Positions 14,819 through 23,492 of a stretch of DNA of 64,000 nt are shown here, one piece after another. The translations under genes and the position numbers were made by a program. This DNA comes from Escherichia coli (GTDB taxonomy: Bacteria > Pseudomonadota > Gammaproteobacteria > Enterobacterales > Enterobacteriaceae), in the NCBI RefSeq assembly GCF_050920415.1, contig NZ_CP169309.1; one strand, written 5' to 3'. Every line of letters starts with the position of its first letter. Position 1 is the stretch's first letter. The notes under the pieces are model-generated. The model ran no database searches, had not been told where the DNA came from, and was given only the letters and a program-made list of their open reading frames with translations.

Positions 14819-15966
14819 TCACCAACGGTCGGATGAACCGCCACCGCCAGAAGAACCGCCGCCACCGCGGAAAGAGTTTTTCGACGAAGAACGAGAATGA
14901 GCATTACGATTCCCCGTTTTCTTGTTGCTTTTATGCCCTGATCCCAGTTTAAGATTGCCAGTAAATTTGGCCACAATGATCAGCAGAACGATGCCAGCAA
15001 TGGTTATTGGGCCGATAAAATGATCAATTAGCCCAATAATTGTTGAGATGAACGCAATATCTTTATTACTGGCGAATACCAGGCACCATCCCACAACAAT
15101 TATCAGCAGCACGACAAACAATGAATTTCGTCCTGATTCACGAACCTGCGGAGCCTTCTTTTGTTTTTTCACTTTAGCGTTTTTATTTTGGGGGGCCAGC
15201 ATCATAGGAAATGTGCGGCATATATTAAAAACTACCGCGAGACGCTGCCAGCAGATTGCTGCGAAAAATAAACTAAAACAAACGACCGATACCCGCCGAA
15301 TGATGACATCGTCCTGAAAGGAGAAAAACCAGACCATAGGAGTAATCATCGATATCATCCATATGCCAGGCCCGGGACGGCTGGTAAATCGCCAGAGGAC
15401 AACGATGGCAACGATCATCAGTAATGTCCAGGCAAGACATGGCAGCGAGCGTTGCGGATTAGCAAACAGATGATTGGCTAAAGCATCCAAAGGGCTAAGA
15501 TTCGCTTTTATATAGGTAAACTGTGCGATGCCTTCAATTCCCTGCGTTAACCCGGAGAAGAGATTATTTTTTTGAATTCCGGTTGCATATGGTAATGAAC
15601 AATTTGCGCAGCTTGTTCCGGTGGCAGCATCTCTTCCAGTCCATGCCCAATCTTCATTGACGCCAGCCCTTCCGGCCAAACGACGAGAATTAAGATACCT
15701 TCGCCGTACCGCTTCTCTCCAACAGGTTTCCAGTGATATAACCCGTAGCTTTGCGAGGCTGCAAGTTTAATGTCTTTACCCCCAGTGGTCAGCGTTACCA
15801 ACACGGCAACCTGAAAGTGGTTTTGCTGCTCGAGAGTCTGTAATTGTTGAGTTAAAGCAGTTTGTTCTTCTGTCGTTAATGTCCCGGTTAAGTCAGTTAC
15901 TGAAGGCAATTGTTCAGCGAATGCCTGGAAACCACATAGCATCAGAAGTAAGAGAAAAATACGCAT
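14819..15966 (-). pseudogene. YgcG-like TPM-domain membrane protein, copy 2, frame-shifted at an A7 run
   Basis: ORF 15547..15966 (signal + TPM domain) and ORF 14819..15679 (5 TM helices + tail ...[15 protein letters not shown]) overlap in different frames; similarity to the intact paralog continues across the shift (LFSGLTQGIEGI vs LAGGLQKGISDI); switch point is the T7/A7 tract at 15567..15573. Confidence 0.6.
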
Positions 15967-15980
15967 TTCAATTCCTTTTG

Positions 15981-16919
15981 TTACCAGCGCCCGGAGGCGC
16001 CACCGCCGCCAGATGAACCGCCGCCGCCGCTGAAATTATCATTGTCAAAAGAGGATGAAGAGGAAGATGACGACGATGATGAAGAACGCCTGGAGGCCGA
16101 GTTACTTCTTTCGTAATGTGACGGTCGGTTGGCACTGCGCATCGAATCCCGAACCTTTTTGCCGAAGGGGGTAAAAGCGATGGCGACAGCCAGGAACGGT
16201 GTGGCGAAGCAGAGTAATGTTGCGAGTACTCCCCAGCTTCCGCTGAAACCTGCTATAGGTAAAACAAAGGCCAGTACAATAGCTGTGAAGCAAATTAGTC
16301 CCAGCGTTTTGACATATCCTCTGGCGGAAATAAAGGTCAGTACTATTGCCCAGACTAACAAAGCCCACCAACCGCTAAAGGGCAAAGGGTGATCGGTCGG
16401 TGTTATCGCTTCTAAATTATTCCCCGTCAGACGATTATCAATATCGCTTATTCCCTTTTGCAAGCCGCCAGCAAGGTCGCCATTTTTAAATGCCGGAATA
16501 ATACTGTTGCGAATAATTTTCCCGGACTGCGCATCCGTAATAACGCCTTCCAGTCCGTAACCGATTTCAATACGCACGGTATGATCCTGCCAGGCGACTA
16601 ACAGTAGAACGCCATCATCGCGGTCTTTATCTCCGGGTTTCCAGCTATCGAATACCCGCGTTGCGTACTGCTCGATGGTTTCATCGCCTGTGGTTTCAAC
16701 CACTAACACGACCAGTTGTGCGTGGCTTTTTTGCGTCAGCTCTTTAATCTGATTGGTCAACGTATTTACTTCATCGTTCGTCAATTTGCCGGTTAAGTCA
16801 TTCACATACCTGGGTGATTCAGGCACTGGAATTTGTATGGCAAACACAGATGAACAAAAGAAAGCCATAAGGAAGATAAAATTTCGCACAGGACTTCCTC
16901 GCTTAATGAGCATTAGCAT
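15981..16919 (-). CDS. YgcG-family TPM-domain membrane protein, intact copy (312 aa)
   Basis: signal peptide, TPM domain, 3 TM helices, poly-Ser tract, C-terminal [15 protein letters not shown]; probably the ygcG ortholog but which copy is orthologous cannot be decided from sequence alone. Confidence 0.8.
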   Translation of the reverse strand: MLMLIKRGSPVRNFIFLMAFFCSSVFAIQIPVPESPRYVNDLTGKLTNDEVNTLTNQIKELTQKSHAQLVVLVVETTGDETIEQYATRVFDSWKPGDKDRDDGVLLLVAWQDHTVRIEIGYGLEGVITDAQSGKIIRNSIIPAFKNGDLAGGLQKGISDIDNRLTGNNLEAITPTDHPLPFSGWWALLVWAIVLTFISARGYVKTLGLICFTAIVLAFVLPIAGFSGSWGVLATLLCFATPFLAVAIAFTPFGKKVRDSMRSANRPSHYERSNSASRRSSSSSSSSSSSSFDNDNFSGGGGSSGGGGASGRW

Positions 16920-17505
16920 TCTGGCTAAAATCTATTGTTGGGGTTTTACTCACAGCGGCGACATCATCCGGTAAATAATTTTTCTTCGGTGTGTAATCCA
17001 TGACTTTTGCGGTTAACACTGCGGGGAATTTGCGGATAGTGACATTATATTGTTCGATGGCTTTAATATATCTTCCTCGCGCAACGGCAATTCGATTTTC
17101 ACTTCCTTCGAGCTGTACCATCAAATTTTGATAGAGTTCCTGGGCCTTTAGCTCAGGGTAACGTTCACTAATTATCGTTAACTGACCGAGAGTGCGAGAC
17201 ACCTGCGCCTGGGCCTGTTGCCAGACTTGTAATTTTTGTTCATCCCCCGGAGTTTGCTGAAGATCGCTACTGGCGCGATTAGCCTGACTACGTGCCAATG
17301 TTACGGCTTCCAGTACCTCTTGTTCATGGCTGGAATAACCTTTAATACTAGCGACAAGATTAGGAATAAGATCGGCGCGACGTTGATATTGATTTAATAC
17401 CTCAGACCAGGAAGCGTTAACCTGCTCATCATAGGTTTGAATATCGTTATATCCACAGCCTGATAAATTGAAAATAAATATAATTACGATGAATATTCTG
17501 AGCAT
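16903..17505 (-). CDS. LemA-family lipoprotein
   Basis: 200-aa ORF with lipobox (FNLSGCGY) and LemA-like coiled region; its 3' end overlaps the start of the TPM gene (translational coupling). Confidence 0.8.
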   Translation of the reverse strand: MLRIFIVIIFIFNLSGCGYNDIQTYDEQVNASWSEVLNQYQRRADLIPNLVASIKGYSSHEQEVLEAVTLARSQANRASSDLQQTPGDEQKLQVWQQAQAQVSRTLGQLTIISERYPELKAQELYQNLMVQLEGSENRIAVARGRYIKAIEQYNVTIRKFPAVLTAKVMDYTPKKNYLPDDVAAVSKTPTIDFSQNANAH

Positions 17506-17677
17506 GGTTAAATTCCTTTTAATTAATTCCTTAAAACATAATACGCCACTTCATTTTATTCTTTATGATCTAATCCACTTTTTGCCTTAAACCTGCCTGT
17601 AACAGAATGTTAATAAGACATGATTGTTGTGGCAGGATCTGCAATAATTAACAATTATCCACTTCACAGAGAATGCT

Positions 17678-18349
17678 ATGCAGTACCCGATTAACGAGAT
17701 GTTCCAGACCCTGCAAGGTGAGGGTTACTTTACCGGCGTCCCCGCCATTTTTATTCGTTTACAGGGATGCCCGGTCGGCTGTGCCTGGTGCGACACCAAA
17801 CACACCTGGGAAAAGCTTGAGGATCGGGAAGTCTCCCTTTTCAGCATTCTGGCGAAGACCAAAGAGAGTGATAAGTGGGGGGCGGCGAGCAGTGAAGATT
17901 TGCTGGCTGTCATTGGTCGTCAGGGATACACCGCGCGGCATGTGGTGATTACGGGTGGTGAGCCTTGCATTCATGATTTGCTGCCACTGACTGACCTGCT
18001 CGAAAAGAACGGTTTTAGCTGCCAGATCGAAACCAGCGGTACTCATGAAGTACGCTGCACGCCGAATACCTGGGTTACCGTATCGCCAAAGCTGAACATG
18101 CGCGGCGGCTATGAAGTGTTGTCACAGGCACTGGAGCGAGCCAACGAAATCAAGCATCCAGTGGGACGCGTACGTGATATTGAAGCACTGGATGAACTAC
18201 TGGCAACGCTGACCGATGATAAACCACGAGTCATTGCACTGCAGCCAATTAGCCAGAAGGACGATGCCACACGTTTGTGCATTGAAACCTGTATTGCGCG
18301 TAACTGGCGTTTATCGATGCAAACACATAAATATTTAAATATTGCCTGA
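17678..18349 (+). CDS. queE: 7-carboxy-7-deazaguanine synthase (radical SAM)
   Basis: 223-aa ORF; Cys motif CPVGCAWC; MQYPINEMFQTLQGEGYFTG. Confidence 0.92.
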   Translation: MQYPINEMFQTLQGEGYFTGVPAIFIRLQGCPVGCAWCDTKHTWEKLEDREVSLFSILAKTKESDKWGAASSEDLLAVIGRQGYTARHVVITGGEPCIHDLLPLTDLLEKNGFSCQIETSGTHEVRCTPNTWVTVSPKLNMRGGYEVLSQALERANEIKHPVGRVRDIEALDELLATLTDDKPRVIALQPISQKDDATRLCIETCIARNWRLSMQTHKYLNIA

Positions 18350-18539
18350 TTAAACATTTATAAGCGTTATAAATGGGTGGAACCTGTAAAGACTTCCACT
18401 CATTTATATTCTTTGTCGCCTCTGAAAAAACTCCATTTTGCCCATTCTGGACTAATCATTATCATTCTCTACAAATTCTCTGGCGTTAATTTTTCGTTGG
18501 AGTGAAAATTATTGCAGTGAAGTTTGGTAGATTTTAGTG

Positions 18540-18687
18540 GGTATAGAGTTATTTTAAATATTTACTTTTTTAATCAATGGATTAAGTGTTCTTTAACATA
18601 ATGGATGTGTTGTTTGTGTGATCCTGTAAAGTTGGTAGATTGTGACTGGCTTAAAAAATCATTAATTAATAATAGGTTATGTTTAGA
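18540..18687 (+). promoter_or_regulatory. putative leader of the queE-proximal CRISPR array
   Basis: AT-rich sequence immediately 5' of the first repeat, same polarity as the repeats. Confidence 0.4.
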
Positions 18688-18899
18688 GAGTTCCCCACGT
18701 CAGCGGGGATAAACCGCTATACGAAGTTATTAGGTCCGAAGAGGAGTTGAGTTCCCCACGTCAGCGGGGATAAACCGTTTACGTGTTATCGCGCACCGGC
18801 GACGGTGTGGAGTTCCCCGCGCCAGCGGGGATAAACCGATTCAGCAAATAGCGAATTTCATAAATATGATGTGTTCCCCGCGCCAGCGGGGATAAACCA
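18688..18899 (+). CRISPR. type I-E CRISPR array, 4 repeats / 3 spacers (ygcE-queE array)
   Basis: 29-bp repeats at 18688, 18749, 18810, 18871 with 32-bp spacers (period 61); repeats 1-2 are the variant GAGTTCCCCaCGtCAGCGGGGATAAACCG, repeat 3 is canonical, repeat 4 is degenerate (GtG..., terminal a). Confidence 0.9.
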
Positions 18900-19352
18900 C
18901 CATATAACCCGTTATCTCTTTCTCAAGTTTTTATATTAGCTGTACTTGTAATAAGCAACATATCCACATAACACCTCATGTTCAAAATAGTTCCCCATGC
19001 CAGATAAGTTCACAATTATCGATACAAAAAATCAAATTTAATCAAAGTGTTATATGTATAATCCTTAAACCGTTAAGAAATTTTAATATATTATTTTTTT
19101 AATATTAATTAATGCCTGTTAATTTTTTCTTTAGAATAACAGTGTATTTTTTAAGCTTGTTATTCATTGATTAAGTAATAAATCTGGAAGTTTGTCTTTG
19201 TTTTGAGGCTAATGAGTGGTTTTACATAACCGCCTCTATACGCTGTTGATGAATAGTTCTTATGAATAAAGATATCCAGTTCATACTTTAAGTGAAAATT
19301 GATAAAGTGCGATTCGTATTGTCTTTTATTCTAAAGACATCGAGTGTAGTTA

Positions 19353-19490
19353 ATATTCCTTGTAAAAACAGGGATAAACCGAACTAGTTAAAGTTTTTAT
19401 TATGTTCCCTGCATCAGCGGGGATAAACCGGACTTGTTATCATTTTTTAAGTTGTCGAACTTATGTTCCCCGCGCCAGCGGGGATAACCA
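19353..19490 (+). CRISPR. degenerate CRISPR remnant (2-3 decayed repeats)
   Basis: repeat-like units ending at 19381, 19430 and 19490 (atGTTCCCtGCatCAGCGGGGATAAACCG; atGTTCCCCGCGCCAGCGGGGATAACCA) with one 32-bp spacer 19431..19462. Confidence 0.6.
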
Positions 19491-19536
19491 TTCAGGTATG
19501 TTCAGGCCGGGCAGTTTCCCGCCCGGTCTTCCTCAC

Positions 19537-21015
19537 TTACGCATTCGACCAGCTCTGGATCGAATCTGCATTCCCCAACTCACCATGCATCACTTCATAC
19601 GATTTTTTCAGGATCACATCAGTGTGTTTGGTTAGGTCTTTGAAAATGCCTTTATTCATCGCGTCGTAGCGTTTGGCATTGCTCTCAATCGGCATAAAGA
19701 TATCTTTCACGCGAACCATTTTGTCGACAGCCGTTGCGTAATCCGGGTATAGCCCCAGACCTACCGCTGTATTAATCGCGGCCCCCAGACTTGCGCAACC
19801 ATTAATGGCGTTACGGCGTGCCGGAAGGTTGAACACGTCGGCAAAAATCTGCATAAACAGATCGCTGTTCGAACCACCGCCAGTAATGATCACATGTTTC
19901 GCAAAGTGATTCATTTCATGACACATATTGTCGTAATTGTTCTTCAGCGTCAGCGCCACGCTTTCCAGTATCGAACGATAAATCCATGCGTAATCCATGC
20001 TGGAATCAAAGCCGATCATAATCCCGCGTTTGTAGGGTTCCCACGGGTTGGTCAGCCAGTCCAGCACCGTCATCAGACCATTACAGCCAGGCGGCACACA
20101 ACAAGCTTTTTTGTTGAGCAAATCTTCCGGTGAAAGATCCTGCGCCCTGGCATCCTGAATTAACGACTCGCCTAACATGTCGCGTAGCCAGCTCACCGTC
20201 CACATGCCTTTGCGAATACCGTAACCTTCATACAGCAAGGTTTGCGGAATAGAAGACATAATCGGCCAGTACGCTACCGGATCTTTCGGCAGTGCTTTGC
20301 CGTTCATCATCAGCGCGATGTAGGTACCAAGAGAAATTACCGCAGTTTCATCATCCAGTAACCCGGCTCCCAGTGCTTCTACCGGTTTATCACTGGTGGT
20401 ACAAACAACCGGCAGCCCAGCCGGGAAATGTGTCGCCAGCGCGGCTTGTGGTGTGATATGCCCAAGAACAGTGCCCGGCATTTGCACATCAAAAAGCATC
20501 TGTCGGGGAATATTAAACTTCTCCATTACCGCGGTATCTTCGCTCCATGCCCAGGTCTTATAATCCACCGGCCACTGACCAAAATAGTTGGCGATATTGT
20601 CTTTAAACTCGCCGGTTAAACGGTGTGTCAGATAACCTGAAAAAGAGGTGACATATGCCACATCAGGATTGGTGTGCTCGTAGGGACGTGTTACGCGTGC
20701 ATCCTGCCAGCTAATCAACGGCGCAGCTGGCGTGCCATCGGCTTTCAATAACGCACGGCAGCAACGGATAGATCCCAGACCAATGCCGACAATATCTTCT
20801 TTATTCCCGGCAAACTGGCTCATCAAATCGTGACCGGCAAAACATAATGATGCCCATAAATCGTCATCAGGATGTTCTGCGGTATCGGCATCTGGCGTGC
20901 GCATCGGCTGCAATAAGCCTTTGCCTTCGCATACCACATTACCTTCCAGATCGTACATCACCACTTTTGTGCTCTGACTTCCGCCATCAATCCCTATGAT
21001 GTATTTTTTCGACAT
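19537..21015 (-). CDS. ygcE: FGGY-family carbohydrate kinase
   Basis: 492-aa ORF; N-terminal IGIDGGSQSTKVV sugar-kinase motif. Confidence 0.85.
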   Translation of the reverse strand: MSKKYIIGIDGGSQSTKVVMYDLEGNVVCEGKGLLQPMRTPDADTAEHPDDDLWASLCFAGHDLMSQFAGNKEDIVGIGLGSIRCCRALLKADGTPAAPLISWQDARVTRPYEHTNPDVAYVTSFSGYLTHRLTGEFKDNIANYFGQWPVDYKTWAWSEDTAVMEKFNIPRQMLFDVQMPGTVLGHITPQAALATHFPAGLPVVCTTSDKPVEALGAGLLDDETAVISLGTYIALMMNGKALPKDPVAYWPIMSSIPQTLLYEGYGIRKGMWTVSWLRDMLGESLIQDARAQDLSPEDLLNKKACCVPPGCNGLMTVLDWLTNPWEPYKRGIMIGFDSSMDYAWIYRSILESVALTLKNNYDNMCHEMNHFAKHVIITGGGSNSDLFMQIFADVFNLPARRNAINGCASLGAAINTAVGLGLYPDYATAVDKMVRVKDIFMPIESNAKRYDAMNKGIFKDLTKHTDVILKKSYEVMHGELGNADSIQSWSNA

Positions 21016-21041
21016 GATTTTTCTCCTGTAATTTTCTGGAC

Positions 21042-22319
21042 TTACTTGTTGCTAGCCATTGCGGGGGCGCTATCAGCAGTACGAATTTTTTGGAACAGCA
21101 AAAAGGTAAAGACGATCACCATGGCAAGCGCCGCCATGCCCATCAGCCACATATTGCGGTAGGCTTCTGCCGCGGGCAGGGTGTCTTGCCAGTGGCCGAT
21201 AATTGGGTAAACGAAGACATCCGGCAGAAATCCAATCACCGAACAAATACCTACCGTGGTGCCCATAATGTAAGACGGTGTTCTCGCTTCGCCAGGGCAG
21301 GCCCAGTACAGCCCGCGTGAGGCGTAACAGGTGAATCCCAGAAGTAAAATCAGACCAATCCCCATCGCGACCGATTGCGGGTTAGAGTTCGTGATGAGCA
21401 GGGCAGTTAACGCCAGCAGGCCGAGTACGGAAAGGATTTGGATCACGCGGGTAGGGGATTTCACTTTGCTGTAGGTGGTGATAATGCCACCAAGTGGGCC
21501 GCACAGTGCGCGGAAGATTTTGTTGATCACAATCCCCATGTAGCTCGCCGCCACCAGCGACATGCCGTACATTTCGGTCAGATAGTTGGTGGAGTAACTC
21601 AGAATGGCGTAGATGGTGAAGACGCCAAAAATCACCATGCTGCAGTACCATGTGGTGCTGATGCGCAAAACGGCAAGGATGTCGCTAAGCTGGAATGACT
21701 GTTTTTCTTCGTTATTGGCATTGCGCAGGTTGTTGTTATCGCTAACAAAAAACCAGCACAGAATCCCCAATAAAATGTAGACCACACTATAGATGATAAT
21801 GACCGTTTTCAGGCTGGCGCTGTCATCCGGTGCAAAGCGAGAAAAGACCCACATGGTAAACACCGCCAGCGACATTACACCGACGCCGCGCAGCCCTTCC
21901 ATCCAGCCCATAATTTTCCCCTGCTCGCTATGATCGCCAAGCAACGATGCGGCTTTAATCGACACCGACCACAGCATTAAAATCGTCGTTATCGCAAAGG
22001 CGACCTGAATACAGAGCATTACCCACAGCGGTGGATACGTTGCCATTAACAGACCCAGCAATCCGGTAATGATCATCGCGGAAGTAATCATTTTGCGGTG
22101 TGAAAATTTATCGGCAATAACGCCGCTGGGGGCATAAAGAATAATAGCCGCAATACCAAAGGTACTCATTATTAAACCTATCTCGGTATTGCTGAATCCC
22201 ATAAATTTCGCCATGGGAATTTGATAAATATAACGTAAATAAGCCAGGTCGAAACTAACGCCGCCGCTAAAACTAATTATCGCGAGGGTTATCCAACGGC
22301 GATATGAGTTGTGTTGCAT
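21042..22319 (-). CDS. yqcE: MFS transporter
   Basis: 425-aa ORF, about 12 predicted TM segments; position between ygcE and ygcW. Confidence 0.8.
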   Translation of the reverse strand: MQHNSYRRWITLAIISFSGGVSFDLAYLRYIYQIPMAKFMGFSNTEIGLIMSTFGIAAIILYAPSGVIADKFSHRKMITSAMIITGLLGLLMATYPPLWVMLCIQVAFAITTILMLWSVSIKAASLLGDHSEQGKIMGWMEGLRGVGVMSLAVFTMWVFSRFAPDDSASLKTVIIIYSVVYILLGILCWFFVSDNNNLRNANNEEKQSFQLSDILAVLRISTTWYCSMVIFGVFTIYAILSYSTNYLTEMYGMSLVAASYMGIVINKIFRALCGPLGGIITTYSKVKSPTRVIQILSVLGLLALTALLITNSNPQSVAMGIGLILLLGFTCYASRGLYWACPGEARTPSYIMGTTVGICSVIGFLPDVFVYPIIGHWQDTLPAAEAYRNMWLMGMAALAMVIVFTFLLFQKIRTADSAPAMASNK

Positions 22320-22440
22320 ATCGTATTCCCATTTGTAATAGACAAAAAAAAGAGAAAAGTAAGCCGCCCTTTCAGGTGGATTACTTTTCTCAGGTCTCTA
22401 GTAATTGCAGTAAGAAATAACATGGAAAGCAGTGGTGTTG

Positions 22441-22456
22441 TGTGAGAGTAATCACG
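22441..22456. promoter_or_regulatory. candidate CRP site (TGTGA-N6-TCACg)
   Basis: tgtgagagtaatcacg in the divergent yqcE/ygcW intergenic region. Confidence 0.45.
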
Positions 22457-22497
22457 CTTCTGCTTTTTAAAATTATTTGACAATTCGAATATCACAC

Positions 22498-22513
22498 TGT
22501 GATTACGATCACA
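22498..22513. promoter_or_regulatory. candidate CRP site (perfect TGTGA-N6-TCACA)
   Basis: tgtgattacgatcaca about 125 bp upstream of the ygcW start. Confidence 0.5.
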
Positions 22514-22637
22514 TTAGCACTTATTCCCTTATGATAAAAATTATCTCCAGTTACCAGAGATAATGAGAAAGGTAACTTCCCTCTCGCGGGGGAAGTTACC
22601 TTTCTTTTTTTTTGCCTTACGGAAATTGGAGCTAACT

Positions 22638-23423
22638 ATGTCAATCGAATCTCTCAATGCGTTCTCAATGGATTTTTTCTCCCTGAAAGGTAAAACCGCA
22701 ATTGTTACCGGCGGGAATAGCGGTTTAGGCCAGGCATTTGCCATGGCGCTGGCAAAAGCAGGCGCAAATATCTTTATTCCAAGTTTCGTTAAAGATAATG
22801 GCGAAACAAAGGAAATGATTGAAAAACAGGGTGTTGAGGTGGACTTCATGCAGGTGGATATCACCGCAGAAGGCGCGCCGCAGAAGATAATTACCGCCTG
22901 TTGTGAACGTTTCGGCACCGTCGATATTCTGGTTAACAATGCCGGTATATGTAAGCTGAATAAGGTGCTGGATTTCGGTCGTGCCGACTGGGACCCGATG
23001 ATTGACGTGAACCTGACCGCCGCATTCGAGTTAAGCTACGAAGCGGCAAAAATTATGATCCCGCAGAAAAGCGGTAAAATCATTAATATCTGTTCACTGT
23101 TTTCTTACTTAGGTGGTCAATGGTCACCTGCTTATTCTGCCACTAAACACGCCCTTGCCGGATTTACCAAAGCCTATTGCGATGAATTAGGTCAATATAA
23201 TATTCAGGTAAATGGTATTGCCCCAGGATATTACGCTACCGATATCACCCTGGCGACACGCAGTAATCCAGAAACCAATCAGCGCGTTCTTGATCATATT
23301 CCAGCAAACCGTTGGGGCGATACTCAGGATTTAATGGGCGCAGCCATATTTCTCGCAAGTCCGGCATCGAATTATGTCAACGGGCATTTATTAGTGGTTG
23401 ATGGCGGTTATTTAGTGCGCTAA
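22638..23423 (+). CDS. ygcW: short-chain dehydrogenase/reductase (KduD/gluconate-dehydrogenase-like)
   Basis: ORF 22563..23423; start moved to the ATG preceded by GGAG (MSIESLNAF); TGGNSGLGQ Rossmann motif and YSATKHAL catalytic motif. Confidence 0.85.
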   Translation: MSIESLNAFSMDFFSLKGKTAIVTGGNSGLGQAFAMALAKAGANIFIPSFVKDNGETKEMIEKQGVEVDFMQVDITAEGAPQKIITACCERFGTVDILVNNAGICKLNKVLDFGRADWDPMIDVNLTAAFELSYEAAKIMIPQKSGKIINICSLFSYLGGQWSPAYSATKHALAGFTKAYCDELGQYNIQVNGIAPGYYATDITLATRSNPETNQRVLDHIPANRWGDTQDLMGAAIFLASPASNYVNGHLLVVDGGYLVR

Positions 23424-23492
23424 TCCATAACGGTGGTTTCTGATTTCTTTTATTAATGACTATTCCATTTTTATTATCAGGAAGGAATTACT

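Noticed and set aside
18717-18730. loxP arm as an engineering scar (Cre/lox recombineering)
   Set aside because: Only one 13-bp arm plus one core base is present, embedded in a 32-bp spacer flanked by proper repeats; a complete 34-bp loxP site is not present.
19402-19669. Small plus-strand ORFs (77 and 68 aa) overlapping the CRISPR remnant and the ygcE 3' end
   Set aside because: They span degenerate repeats and run antisense into ygcE; no coding signal.
22563-22637. Upstream extension of the ygcW ORF (MRKVTSLSRGKLPFFFFALRKLELT...)
   Set aside because: The extension lacks an RBS and crosses the promoter region; the internal ATG at 22638 has a GGAG upstream and starts the conserved SDR sequence.
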